DNA of 64,000 nt, taken from Camelus ferus (lineage: Eukaryota). The position numbers and the translations under genes are program-made. The stretch covers positions 19,592,001 through 19,656,000 of the forward strand of contig NC_045717.1 of the NCBI RefSeq assembly GCF_009834535.1, in the 5' to 3' direction. Under the pieces are notes generated by a model, which searched no databases, was not told the origin of the DNA, and was given only the letters and a program-made list of their open reading frames with translations. Numbering within the stretch: the first letter of the stretch is position 1; every line of letters begins with the position of its first letter. Shown one piece after another: positions 41,311 to 62,991 of this stretch.

Positions 41311-41959
41311 AAAAGATAGACAGTACTTTTAATGTGATTTTAACTGGTGGCAAAGTGATGTGAAGAAACAAAACAGAGAAGGAGCAACTAGAGTGACAGG
41401 GAGTTTAGTTGGAGATCTCTAAGGAGGTGACATGAGAAGGAGCCAGCCAGGAGGTACCCATGGGCCCAAACATTCCAGGCAGAAGGAGCCTCCATTACAA
41501 GTCCCTGAGGCAGGAGTAAGCTTGGTGTGCTCACAAAACAGTGGGAAGGCCAGTGTGTCAGGCATTGTGATTGGTACTAGGGGTAACCCGGGCACATCGG
41601 ACAGAAACCCTCATACCCTTCTAGTGCTCCCATCTGACTGGAAGGCATATATTGAACAAGTACTGACACAGAAGAGGTCGGGGTCCTGGGAAAACGTTTT
41701 CCCTGTGGTCAACCAGCACTAAATGAGTGCCCTCGAATAGGTGATGCTAAGTCATAAGGTGACGGAGAGTCGGTGCTGAGTAAGCTTGGGGTTGGAAAGA
41801 GGAGCTGAGAGAATAGCTCATGCAAAGCCCCTGCCCATGGCTTCAGGGAGCTGAAGGCAGGCCCGTGTGGCATGGGCAGGGGCATGAGTGCAGGAGGAGG
41901 GCTCAGCAGGGACCAGGTAACAGCATTTTGTTGGCTATGAACTTGATCCTGAGGATTTT

Positions 41960-42475
41960 TTTCTGTAACAGCTTTATTGAGCTATAATTCACATACCATA
42001 CAATTCACCTACCTGAAGTGTACAATTCAGTTGTTTTTAGTGTATTGACAGAGCTGTGCAACCATCACAGTCAAATTTATAACATTTTCATTGCCCTGAA
42101 AAGAATCCTTGCACCCCTTAACCATCACTGCGTCTTTCCCAGTCCCTGGCAATCACAACTCTACTTTCTGTCTCTACAGATTTGCCTCTGCTGGATATTT
42201 CATATAATACTGGAGTCATACCCTTATGTGGTCCTTTGTGACTGGCTTTTTTTACTGAGCATGATGTCTTCAGGGTTCACCCATGTTGTAACATGTATTA
42301 GAACTTCAGTCCTCTATGTGGCCGAATTATATTCCATATTATGGATCTATCACATTTTATTTATCCATTCATCAGCTGATGGAAATTTGGGTTGTTTCTG
42401 CTCTTTGGCTCTTGTGAGCAATGCTGCTATGAACAGCCATCTATCAGTTTTCATTTCTCTTAGGTAGATACCTAG
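41960..42475 (-). mobile_element. Old L1 3' end
   Basis: cagctttattgagctataattcacataccatacaattcacc...ccattcatcagctgatggaaatttgggttgtttc. Confidence 0.75.
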
Positions 42476-42685
42476 GAGGGTCAGAAAAGTGACATGCATT
42501 CCTGTTATAAAAAGACACTGGCTGCTTTGTGGAGAATGCGTGAGAGAGGGCATGAGTGGACCTGGGAGAGAGGTGGGAGGCTCCTGAGAGGGTGGCATCT
42601 AGCAGGGTAGATGGAGAGAAGATGCGGGGGGCAGTCATTTTGTGAGGCATGAGGAAGAGGATGAGCCGAGGTTGTCTCCCAGCTT

Positions 42686-42892
42686 CAGTGTGCTGGAGCC
42701 AGCTCCTCCTAGCAAGAGCCAGTTCTACTTATCTCTTCTCAACCTGGCATTTAGTGATTTCATGTTGGTAGCTTGAAATTGGCTATAGTAGGAGTCTTTG
42801 CACCATGGAAATTGGCAAACACTACAAATCAAGGCTTCCCCCCTCTCCCCACCCAGAGAGCCAGTTGCTAAATGCTTACCAGCACACTACTG
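42686..42892. mobile_element. MER63-type hAT MITE with terminal inverted repeats
   Basis: Starts cagtgtgctggagccagctc and ends ttaccagcacactactg. Confidence 0.65.
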
Positions 42893-45800
42893 CTCCTCAA
42901 TTTCTGGCTTGAGGTGGCTTGCAGCAGGTGGTGGTCTCCCTGGCAGAGGTGAGAACACGAGTTCCATTTCGCCCTTGTTGAGTATGAGGTGGCCGGAGAC
43001 ATGCACATGTATGCGTCCAGGACAGGGTTGGACTTTCTGACTCGGAACTCATGGTGGGGCCAGGGCTGGAGATGGGAGTCACTGTTCCAGTGAAGCACCT
43101 CACCTGGGGATAGAATGAGGCTTGGGACAGGGCCCTGGGGACTCCAGGCAAAAAGCCAGCTTTCTCTGGCCTCCCAGCTTCCTCAGTTGTAAATCAGGCC
43201 ACTGGGTGGAATGGTTTCCAGGTGTGTGCTGTCAATTGGTGACCAGAAAAAAAAGAAGGAAATGGCTGAAGTAGTTTGTTTGATAATGTCTTCCTGCAAG
43301 TAGCACATTTAGACTGGGATCTAAGTGGTGAGGAGACAGAAAATTGCAAATCATTGAGAGACTTCAAGGATTTCCAAAAGAGCTCTGGGCCTAGAAACAG
43401 ATGGGTTAGAACCAGTGCAGGGACCAGTTAATAGATCCAGCAGCAGACTCTCAGTGACATGATTAAAATGTGAACACATTTCGGGAGAGGAAAGCAGAGG
43501 GTGAAAGGAACAGGCTCGGCAGCTTCGATTCAAACCTTCCCCCTTCCTGGCTGTACTTCAGCAAAACATCATTTTGCTCAAGCGCCAGAGATTCTGTTGT
43601 GTTTCTCCTTGAATGTTTGATTAGCTTGCCTCTCCTCCTGGGACTGCTGCCTGCGGTGGTCATAAGTGGCTGGCGGATTGTTTACTTGTATATCTGTTCG
43701 AGGCCACGGAGGGAGGGCTCCACCGGCGGGCGGCTCTGGCTCACACGCCTGCCAATCACAGCTTTACCTGGAGCGAACAGATGGTCTCTTCACTTAGACC
43801 CATTTCCTCTGCCGTTCCCGGGCCCCCTGCCAGGCTGGGCCTGGCTTGGATCTATGTCCTAATCCTCGAAGCCGAATTAGGGACTCCGTAGAAGGACAGA
43901 CCATCATAGATGAGCACAGGGATGTGTTCACAGCCCCCACCCCGACCCCCCCACTGCCCAACCCAGAGCACAAGGGGCCTACTGTGTTGGGCCAACTTCC
44001 ACTCCCTGGCCTCCATCCAGGCTTGGGCAACAGAAGCAGGCCCGGGAATGGGGGAAGCCAGTGGAGAGGACATGGTGCATTTTGTTTATTAAAGTTAATT
44101 GGTGAATGCAGGCCCAGGGAAGCCTATGATTCATTAGCATCCTGATTAATATGCAGCTGCTGAATATTAAGAAAAATGAAATGGAAAGGAATCAATCCCC
44201 CAAGGAGAGGTTGGGGGAAATCAAGCAGCTCTCTGCAGACATCTGATGCAGGCCTTTGTCCCACAACGAAATTTGAATGAGCCGAATTCAAGTGATTTTT
44301 CACCATTTGTGTAGCTGCCACAAAGACCAGTTCCAGCCTCATCCCTTGAGCCAGAGAGAGGAGTGACTTTGAACAGTTAGCAACTCAAGCAGTTTGTGAG
44401 CAATTACACAAAAAGAAGCACCGGGTTCTATCATTGATTTTAATTTCAGTATCCTTACACTGTTGGGATAACAAAGCAACTGCAGGTACAAAGTGGCTCA
44501 AGAGCAAGAATGTTACACCAGGCTCTGAGGCAGAAGTTCATTCATTTAGGTATTCTGGGAACATGAACATTTGCGATGCCTTTGGAATGAGTGCAATGCA
44601 GTCCCTACCCTGAGCATACATGGTGACCTGGGGGGAACTGACATGTACAAACTGGCAGTGCTGTGATTAGTTAGCAAAAGTACGGTGGAGATGCTCAGAA
44701 TGTTGCCTTCTGAAGTTGACAGAAAGGGAAAATCATTTCAGGTGAAGTCTGATGGGTTTGGTGTAATTGTGGAAGGTTCCAAATCACTAGGAGTGGAGGG
44801 TGAAAAGAAGTGGGGGCCAGGGCCCTGGAAAACCTGCTGTGCTGTGCTAGGGAATTTACTTGATCCTGTGGTTGGTGGGGGCTCTTGGAGGCTGGGGAGC
44901 AGGAACAGGAGTGCAGTATCAGATTTCAGGTCTAAGATCACTAGGGCCCAGATGAGAGTGATAGGCATGGGGTTGTAAATGGTTGTAAATGGAGGAGATG
45001 ATAGGTTTGGGAGAAATAAAGGAGATAGAAATGAGACTTTGTGACAGGATACAGAGGAACAGAGAGAAGCCAGGCTCCAGGCTGACTGCTAAGTTTCTAG
45101 TTGATAACCAGGTGGCTTTTGGTGTCATTCAAGGAAATGAGCAGGGAAGACAATATTGGGTTTGGGGGGAAATAATGTTGATGTGCAAATTTAGAGGCAT
45201 TTGAGATGCCTCTGGGACAGCCAAGTGGAGAAGACCCAGAGGCAGTCAGGTGTGTTGTTGGGAGCTTGGGAGTTAGGCGTGGGCTGGTGATGATGTTTGG
45301 GAGACGTGGAAGTGTGGATGATAATGAAAGTCCTTGCTCGTCATTCATTCATTTACTCAATGCTTTCATTATTCTTCACGTGAGGGATAGGTACTGGGGA
45401 CAGCAAAATGTTTTTTAACAAGAATGCTCAGGGAGCCTTTAGTTGGTCCATTGTTTTCTACCTGATATGTCTTTGCTATAAAATGCCTGCCTCAGTCAGA
45501 GGCACACTTTCTCGTCTTGACAAATGCACTGAACACAAGTGTCTGGGCTTGGAGGCAGATGAACATGCATGCTTTGTGTGAAGCCAGAGGAAGGAGGCAT
45601 AAATCAGAGGGAAGTTATCTTTCATTCATTCAAGAAACAGTGGAGGACTAACTATGTGCTGGATGCTGGGAATGCAGAGGTAAACGGGACACAGCCCTCT
45701 GGGGAGAGAAGGGTCTTAACAGTGACAAGCACACAGTGGTAGAGATGGGCTCAGGGTCATAGCTAGCTTCTCAAAGGAGGCAGTGGTCTGGGCTAGGTCT

Positions 45801-48002
45801 CACAGGTCAGAGAGCAAATACATGCAAAAGCCCAGGGGCAAGAAGCAATCAGGTAAGGAAAACATAAGGACCACGACACAGCCAGTGTCTCAGGCCTGAG
45901 GACCTTTGTGCAAATGAGAGCCGTGGCTATCGTGGCTCTTGTGCATCCAAGTTTCAAAGTGCTTGTATCCTGAGCCAAAAGGAAGAGCTCAGGCAGTTGG
46001 GGAAAAGCCAAGAAACATAGTTGTCTGGAGAAAGCATCTGAAAATCAGGATGTGTTTTTCTAAGTATCAGTGTCTGGCTTGCAGTCATGGCTGACTCTAT
46101 GATTGTGTGTGAACCGGTGTATTGAGGAACTGCTGTATTGTCACCTCCGAGTCTCAGCCATTCAGAGCTGGAAGCACCTCAGGGGGTAAGGAGGAAACTA
46201 AGGGCCCAGGGGAAATGAGGATTCAGGGAGTCAGTCCACCTGGGTGCCACACCCAGCTCTGCCAGTGACTGGCTGGTGATCCTGAGAAAGTGACACAACT
46301 GCTCTGAGCCTGTGTCCTCAGCTATGGGGTAAAGATGATAGGGACAGACCCCAAAGCGTGGTAATGAGGATGTAGCAAGAAGAGGCATGTAACTTAGCAT
46401 GGTATGTGGCAGATAAAGCAGGGAAATAGGGGGGGAGCTTACCATAATTTTTTTTCTTAATTTAAATCACCATTGGGTCTGCTGAGCAGATTGCAACTTT
46501 TTTTTACATGAACCTCATTCATAATGCGTTACCCACAATTTCCACTTTCATGTTTCTAAAGCAGAGTGAAAACTCACAGGCCTTGACAAAGAGATCTGTA
46601 TACAGAATCCTTCTAGATTTTTATGTTCTTTGCCCCATATATAGTTGTCTCCCCCATACTTGATTTAATAGTTGTTTTATTAAGCTCTTTATTCATTCCA
46701 TTAAGCTTTAGACAGCTGTCACTTTTTCACCATTTCACTAGCTAACAAGCTAACTGAATTGCATCATTATAGTCATGTGTACAGTGTGGGACAGACCTAA
46801 CTGTCTAGGGGGGCATTTTTAAATTTTTATTTTTTAACATAACTACCTCTTGACAGGCCACCTCACCGGGTAGGAGCAGAGACATGCAGGTACACTGGCC
46901 CCAGATGGTCTGCATACTGTGAGCATCACCCAGATTTAGAAAGGGATGGAAAAAGATGCAGCAGGTTGGTGACGGGAAGATCATCTAAGAAAGCATCTAA
47001 ACTATTTTTAATTGATGCTTATTTCAAAGCAGCAGTTTGGTGTAATAAAACAACTGTGGGCTTTGGAGTCAGGCAGATCTCCTTGTACTGGAAACTTGGG
47101 CAGATTTTGTTTGTGCTTCTGGGTCTGATTTCAGTTATAAGATGGGGATGCCGTCCCTGCCTCTCAGGGGTGTATATGAATGAAATAAACAAGTGTCACC
47201 CATGAGAGACACACAACACGGCTTCTCCTCCCACCATAGAGCTAATTGAGACCACTCTCAGGAGAGTTTGGCGCTGATCTCAGTTTCCTATACTTTCAGA
47301 AGTCAGGTTTCTAGCCCCTCTGTCGCCACCTCCAGTGCCAACCGCCAGCTGATGATGCTGGAAGGAAAGTCGGGACCCTTTTCCTCTCTGGACTCGAGCA
47401 TTGACATCCTGAAGAAGAGGGCCCAGGAGCTGATCGAGAACATCAACGAGAGCAGGCAGAAGGACCACGCACTCATGACCAACTTCAGAGACAGCCTCAA
47501 GATCAAGGTGCGAGATTCCTCACACTCACTGTGAAGCCCCAGTGAAGGTGGGGTGTTCCTCATGCAAAAGGTGAAAGGCGGGGGCAGGGGGAAATGAAGG
47601 CAATAGCTGTCATGTTCACTGCATGGTGCTAGGCAATTTGCCCATTGTACTTCATTTTATCCTGACAGCAATCCTGCAAAGAGATAGAACCCATTTTGTA
47701 GATGTGAAAAATGAGGTTTGGAAATAACTTGCCCAAGTCCAAAAACTAGGATGAAGAGCCAAGATCCGTCTGTACCCACAGCCCAGCCCCTTACTTCATG
47801 CCAGGGCTAACGGCTGTGGGAGTAGGGGGCTGAGGCATAACCTGAGTTATTACTCCCATCTGTCCTCCAGAAGTCCAATGATTTGTGACAGGAGAGTAGA
47901 GGTCCCGGGACATGCCTGGGGCTTGTGTCTAACAAAGCCTGATGTTATGTTCAGATCTGATATTAATGGCTGTCCCTGATGCTTCTTCAGAATGCATAAT
48001 GG

Positions 48003-48099
48003 GGGGGGTGGGGTGTGAATATAGCTCAGTGGTAGAACGCATGCTTAGCATGCACAAGGTCCTGGGTTCAATCCCCAGTACCTCCATTAAAAAAAAAAA
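48003..48099 (+). mobile_element. Vic-1-like SINE, best-preserved copy (SYCE2 intron 3)
   Basis: atagctcagtggtagaacgcatgcttagcatgcacaaggtcctgggttcaatccccagtacctcca plus poly(A); TSD aatgcataatgg (47991-48002) / aatacataatgg (48100-48111). Confidence 0.9.
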
Positions 48100-49214
48100 A
48101 ATACATAATGGATCCTGTGAGTGGGACAGCTTGTTGATTCTACATGTCATCTCTCAATGACAGACTTGACTTTTTTCCCTTTTTACGCCCCCCATCCCTA
48201 CCTACCTGGTACATAGAAAATTTAGACAGTAGAGAAAAATATAAAAAGGCAGAAAAAATATAAAAACATTCATATGATACCACCACCCAGAGCCACTTGG
48301 CTGCATGTTTTCTTCTAGTCTCTGCTCTGTGTACTTTCCTCCTAACCTGCTTGAGCTTATACTATTTACATAATTTTGCACCTTGCTTTTTAAAAAGAAA
48401 AGTTTAACCTGTAGGCAGTTTCACCCCTAGTCACTGGAGTTGTTTTTACCACTTTTATAAGAGAAACTGCAGAAATCTTAAAGAGCCATCTAGAACAATG
48501 TCTTGTGATGCCTCTTGTTTGCTTTTCCAAAAACACACCTTATTCTTTAAAAGGTTTCGGACCTGACAGAGAAGCTAGAGGAGAGGATGTATCAGATCTA
48601 TAATCACCACAACAAGATCATTCAGGAAAAGCTCCAAGAGTTCACCCAGAAAATGGCAAAGATCAGTCATCTGGAAACAGAGCTCAAACAAGTGTGCCAC
48701 ACTGTGGAGACCGTGTACAAAGACCTGTGCGTCCAGCCTGAGGTATGACAAAACTCACGCATGCGGGCGCAGCCTGAGGAAGGAGAGTTATAGCAGCAAA
48801 GATGAAAATCAATGTCAATAGAAAGCAGGGGCATTAGCCCCTGCCGCCCTAAACCCCACAGGGGCCACCACCACCACGAAACCCGTGATGATCCCCATCT
48901 CACTTGTGACATTGTGCTCCCCTGTCATGTGAGAGCTGGACCATCATTTCCCATGCTTTGTGTCAGCTCTGTGGTGATAGAAAGGACAAAGTCCCCTCTG
49001 CCCTCAGCCCGGAGCCCTGGGCAGTGCCTAACCAGGTTTATTTATTACAGCTGAGCCCAGGACTCAGCCACAGACCAGATCACTCGGGAGCAGGGGAAAT
49101 CCCCGCCAGGTCCCAGCCCACTTCACTGCCCCGTGTTCCTTTTTCCTGTGACTGAAATAACTTTCAGTGGTTACAAGTAAATGTGTCCAACACTGTGGGG
49201 TCAAGCATGCAGAC

Positions 49215-49220
49215 TTTATT
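49215..49220 (-). terminator. GCDH poly(A) signal AATAAA (inside the last SYCE2 intron)
   Basis: tttatt on +, about 460 nt after the GCDH stop. Confidence 0.65.
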
Positions 49221-49674
49221 ATCTCTCCTTCCCCTTTGCTCTGCTCCAACGTCCAGCATAAGGCACTTACCCCACATGAGAGGGTCAGAGGGCGCACAGT
49301 GAACTCTTGGGGTGTGTATTGGGGGGGTAGTTTGCTTAGGCAGACACCAGGTGGGTCTCACAAGTTGCCTCCGTGTCACTCTCGTTCCCTCTCCCTGATA
49401 CCCTGTCAAGAGAAGCTTCTGTTCCAAGGTTAGTGAGTCTGTTCCCATCCATAGTGAAAAGTGGCTTGAGAAACTCAGTACAGAGAGTCCCCTCTTCTTT
49501 TTAAGGAACACATTTGAATGACTTCAAAAGGGAAATTTTGATATTTAAAAATCAGTGTCTCTCACTTCCCACCATAAGAATTGGCTCCATCTGCCACCTC
49601 TCTGGCTCAGCTCAGAGCACAGCATCTCCCTGGGAAGGAGCTTGGTACCACCCAGGCTCCCGGGTGAAGTGTGT

Positions 49675-55257
<5,583 letters not shown>

Positions 55258-55879
55258 GTGGGCAGCGAGTGGGCGAGCGCAACAACCACGGCCCACCTGG
55301 AGGAGTGGAGGCGTCTGAGCGGAGCAGCTCCCACCAGCTGCCCTAGCCCTTTGCACCCCTCGCCCCTCGCCCCTCTCGCCAGTCCTCACCTGAAGCCTTT
55401 CGGCTCACGGCACAGGATACAAAGCAACTGACCACGGCTTTTGACCTCCGGCGAGGGTGGGCGGGGTAGAGGATGAATAGGGCTTGTCATTGGTTCGTCC
55501 TAGTACCCAGCTCCTTCACGGCTCTGTTTTTAAAAGGGTTATGGCAGCCTTGCGGGTGGAAGCGGACGCGCCCAAGCCGCGGCATGTTAGCCTCTTTTAA
55601 GGAGCAGAACAGTGACGGGGCGGAAGGCGAGTGCGCCGACCCAATTGGCCAACTGTATTCCTGCTCTGATTGGCCTTAGGATGGGGCTCGGCCCACTCCT
55701 GGTTGGTCAGTAGTAGGGGGCGTGTGCAGTGGGAGTCAGAAGTTAAACCAGGATACTGAGGCACGAGAAAAATGAGTCCTGGAACCCAGGAGCGCAGAAC
55801 TCGACATCTCCTTTAATGGGGCGCTGTGTGTGGAAGGGGGAGGTGGGTTCCAGTGAGCGATCTCAGCCCAAGCTGTCTG

Positions 55880-56690
55880 CCAGTCTGTCGCAGGAAGCAT
55901 GTGTAGCCACATGTGACTGCGAGTGACTTGGTGTGATTCCTTGTGCTTTGTGATTCTGTGCGGTTGATTGAACCTGAGTGACTGTGTATCTGTATGTGAG
56001 TGGGGCTGACTGTGACGTTGTGGGGCTGTTGACTATGGGTGGTTGTGTGCCTATGTAACTGAATGTCTTTTTGGTTTCTTGTCTAATTGTAAGCTTGTGT
56101 AATGATATTCTGTGTGGTCATGTGTCTGTGTGATACTATGTGCATGACTGTGTTTTGATGATTTTTCTCTCTGGGTTTGGCTGTTATCTTTGTGAGAATA
56201 TGACTAGATATTTGTGTGTATATCTGTGCAATTGTGTATACCTGTATGTGTCAGTCTATGTGCAGTTATGTGTGATTGTGAGCTTGAGTGTGACATGAGT
56301 ATATACCTGAATGAGTGGCTGTGCTCACCTAGATCACTTTTATGAGCATCTGTTTGGTGTGCTTTCGAATCTGAATGCATCATGCTTGACTATATCTGAA
56401 AGTCCAAGACCCATTCATTTCCCAGTTGGGGAAAATAAGGCCCAGAAAGCAGAATGGTCTTGCTCAGAGTCACAATGGGCCAGGTGCAGAGCAGGGACCA
56501 GTACTGGGATCCAAGCCTGCTGCTTCCCAGGACAGCCTCCCCGCCACCCCACCCACCCAGGAAAACCTCTTCCCACATAGACACTCTGGGTAGTTGTGTG
56601 TTAGAGTGTTCCGTCTCACACATCGTCTCTGGCTGAGTATGATAGAAATAACTGTGAGATTGTGCCCTAATGTGATCACTAGCCTGCTTA
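55880..56690. repeat. Degenerate TG-rich low-complexity block 1
   Basis: Dense tgtg/tgtgac/tgtgat units, strongly G+T biased on +. Confidence 0.7.
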
Positions 56691-57229
56691 TCCCCAAGTG
56701 CCTGGGGACTGGGTGTGTTCAGACTCTTCCACTTTCTGGGCCCTTTTTGCCCTTAATATCCAAATAAAATGTTTTGAACCCTCCTTCTCATTCAGCAGGG
56801 AGTAAGCCCCTCACCACCCTGAAATGTCTAGGATTCTGCATAGCTCTTATTCTGGGCACCTCCCTCTGCCTGGAGCCAATGGCCTCCCTCTTTCCATCCC
56901 TTCCTTTAGCCAAAGCTCCCTGCTCTGGAGCTGTTGTGGGTGTTGGAGTTCTCTGATGCACAGTGGGTGTAGAGGGTGATGACAGCATACACACTAGGAA
57001 ACCCAAAGAGTCTCAGGCTATCTTGGAAGACCATCATCTGTACTGGCTACATGCTCCCAAAGGCCTTATCTCCCAACCAGATGCCCCACTGCCCCTCTCT
57101 GAACCCTCATCCTCTTGCCTCACCTTTCAGAACCAAACATGCCTGTTAGTGTCTTATCCTAAATCAAGGAGACCTCTTCCCAAGAGAGACTCTGCTTTCC
57201 TATCCAGGAGACCACTCTTAATTTCAACC

Positions 57230-57900
57230 ACATAGTTTTGTTGAAGTGAAATTCACATAAAATAAAATAAATCATTTAGAGTGTATAGTTCAGTGGCTTG
57301 TAGTATATTCACGACGTTGTGCAATCACCANNNNNNNNNNNNNNNNNNNNNNNNNNNNNNNNNNNNNNNNNNNNNNNNNNNNNNNNNNNNNNNNNNNNNN
57401 NNNNNNNNNNNNNNNNNNNNNNNNNNNNNNNNNNNNNNNNNNNNNNNNNNNNNNNNNNNNNNNNNNNNNNNNNNNNNNNNNNNNNNNNNNNNNNNNNNNN
57501 NGACATGTTGTGACTGGCTTCTTTTACATAGCATGTTTCAGCCATGTTGTAACATGTATTAGAACTTAATTCATTTTTATGGCAGAATAATATCCCATTG
57601 TATAGATGGACCACATTTTGTTTATCCATCCGTTGATGGACATTTGGGTTGTTTCCACCTTTTGGTGATCGTAACTAGTGCTACTGTGAACGTTGGTGTA
57701 CAAGTATTTGTTCATGTACCTGTTTCCAATTCTTTTAAGTATATACCTAGGAGTGAAATTGCTGGATCATACAGTGACTCTATGTTAAACTTTTTGAAGA
57801 ATCATCAAACTGTTTTCTATAGTAGTTGCACCACCAGCAGTGTGTGATGGTTCTCATTTCTCTGCATCTCACCAACACTTGTTATTTCCTTTTTTTTTTT
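57230..57900 (-). mobile_element. Old L1 3' end containing an N-gap
   Basis: gttttgttgaagtgaaattcacataaaataaaat...atggacatttgggttgtttccaccttttgg. Confidence 0.75.
57331..57501. other. Assembly gap (171 N) inside an L1 remnant
   Basis: N run. Confidence 0.99.
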
Positions 57901-57989
57901 TTTTTTTTACTAGTCATCCTAGTGGGTTTGCCAAGCTGGATTTTACATTACATTTTTGCCCCACCTCCCCTTTTGCAGCACATCATTTT

Positions 57990-58750
57990 TTTGTCTTTTT
58001 GTGTGATACATTTATGGTGCCCCAACTCTGGATGTGTCTGTGGTGTGACGTGCCTACATCTCGGTAAGGTTGTATGCCTTTCACTATCAGGGTGTTTAAT
58101 TCCATGTTAGTGTGGGTGTCTGTGTTTGGGTGCGCCCCCTATTGTTTGGCATTACTAGTTGTGCAGTTGTGTGGCTAATTACATACTGTATCAGAGACAG
58201 GTGGCTGTGATTCTGTAAGGTTGTTGGTTTTATATGGTACTGTGTGTTACTGTGTCTGTGCCTGATGTAAAACTGTGTGCATGACTACATTATTGTATGC
58301 TTATGAATGTGGGTTGCATTGATGTGTTTTACACTTTTGTGTCTGAGGCTTCATCTGTGTTTGATGGGGTTGTGTGACTGCATCTATTATAGTTCTGTGA
58401 CAATATACCCAGGAATCTCCGTGTATCTGTTCAGTTGTGGCCTTATTGTGTCTGTGTGATTGTGTGTGATTTGGGTAACTGTGTGATTGTCAGAGCCTGA
58501 TTATGACTTCTACATCTGAAGGATTGTGTGACTATAATATTGTACGACTGATGTAGTATATGGTTGTTTTCAGGCCTGGGTATAGTATGTCTGTGCATGG
58601 TCTCTATGACACACAGATATACAGTTATATGTGCAGGGACCATATGGGGTGTGTGATTTAGGGACTGGGAATTTGTGTCAGTACGTAATCACACAGTGTG
58701 TGTGTGTGTGACTATGAATTATGTGTCTGTGATGTGTGTCTCTGTCACCC
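57990..58750. repeat. Degenerate TG-rich low-complexity block 2
   Basis: Same composition as block 1; includes a pure (tg)n run near 58697-58710. Confidence 0.7.
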
Positions 58751-59192
58751 ACCTGGACTCCCTCAGCACCACAGTGGAGGTCTCTGGTGCAGAACCTCAT
58801 ATTCCTCCCCCATATTAGGTAGAATTCAAGCAGCAGCCAGGTCTCCTGCAGGTCAGGTACTTCCTGTGACCCAGTCCAGTGGTCCCATCCCACCCAGGAG
58901 TGGGGCTCACCTGCTCCCCAGCCCTCATCACACTGGAGCAGCTGTAACTGCACCAGTCTCAGCCTCCACACAGCCATACTCATGCAGCATACTCATACTT
59001 TCCCAGCCCCCACACAGCCATACTCAGGGGGGTGTCTATGGCAGACAGTGATGGCTGATTGGGGGGGTCTTTCCTGCCACTAGTCTCAGACCAGAGAGAT
59101 CACAGCCCAAGAAAGCTAAAACCAAGCTAATTCCCATCCCCCAGCCCTTTCACTCACTGGGGAAAGAGCCTTGGCTGTTCTGGGCCCCCACC

Positions 59193-59227
59193 TGATAGCA
59201 GCCTCCAACATCTGGGGAGTCTGATAA
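59193..59227 (+). promoter_or_regulatory. KLF1 upstream erythroid enhancer, GATA/E-box/GATA module
   Basis: TGATAG 59193-59198, CATCTG 59209-59214, TGATAA 59222-59227, about 500 bp upstream of the ATG; same arrangement as the known EKLF EHS1 element. Confidence 0.8.
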
Positions 59228-59582
59228 TGCCTGGCTTGGCAGGGAGTTCATGCCAAGTCCCGCCATCAGCACAGTTGCTGCTGTTTACTGGGGAAGGGGA
59301 AAGCTGCAAGGCCCTGGTCAGGGGCAAGGGTCTCGAAGCTCCTTCCCAGAATCTCCATTCTGCTCGTCACTCCTTCTCCAGGACAGTAACTGAGAGCAGA
59401 CCCCAAGTCTCTCCTTTGGGAACCCAGTGCCTCACTCTGCCTAACCCTAGAACCCCCAACCTCAGAACCTCCAGCCCCTGAACCCCCAGCCCCTGAATAT
59501 CTGATTGGCTTTGGATACAGGATCAATCTTTAAGGCTCAGCCCCAAACAGACCTCAGTGAGGTCTGTTCCCCAGAAACGGTG

Positions 59583-59624
59583 ACCCCCGCCTTTGCCTGC
59601 CCCTTATCAGGGGCTGCAGCCAAT
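59583..59624 (+). promoter_or_regulatory. KLF1 proximal promoter: GC box, GATA site and CCAAT box
   Basis: acccccgcc 59583-59591; TTATCA 59604-59609; CCAAT 59620-59624. Confidence 0.75.
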
Positions 59625-59730
59625 GAGCTGAGGGCAGAGAGGAGCCCTCCAAGAGGCCATCAGAACCTCAGAGCCCACGAGGTCGCCAAGGGAGAGGAGG
59701 CCTGAGTCCCAGGGTGGGCACCAGCCAGCC

Positions 59731-62745
<3,015 letters not shown>

Positions 62746-62985
62746 GTCCTGCCCTAGCACTTGGACCTTCCTAGGTAATGGAGTTGGGACAAGAGCGGAT
62801 CTACATAAGATGGTTTTCCCTTGAATGAATCCTCGTCTGGACTCTTGGCCCCACACATCCACCAGAAGATCAAGGACTGGCCCATAGACTAGGGTGAACC
62901 TCCAACGGAAGCTCCCACATGTCCTTGGCCACAGGGAGCCACACAGTCACGTATGGTCTCATAGACCCAGTGAAATAGATCTCCA

Positions 62986-62991
62986 AATAAA
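62986..62991 (+). terminator. Candidate KLF1 poly(A) signal AATAAA
   Basis: First AATAAA after the stop codon; usage unverified. Confidence 0.4.

Noticed and set aside
48003-48087. tRNA-Ala(AGC) gene
   Set aside because: A/B boxes and the anticodon loop are present, but the acceptor stem is broken and it has a poly(A) tail, a TSD and five diverged sibling copies. It is a SINE.
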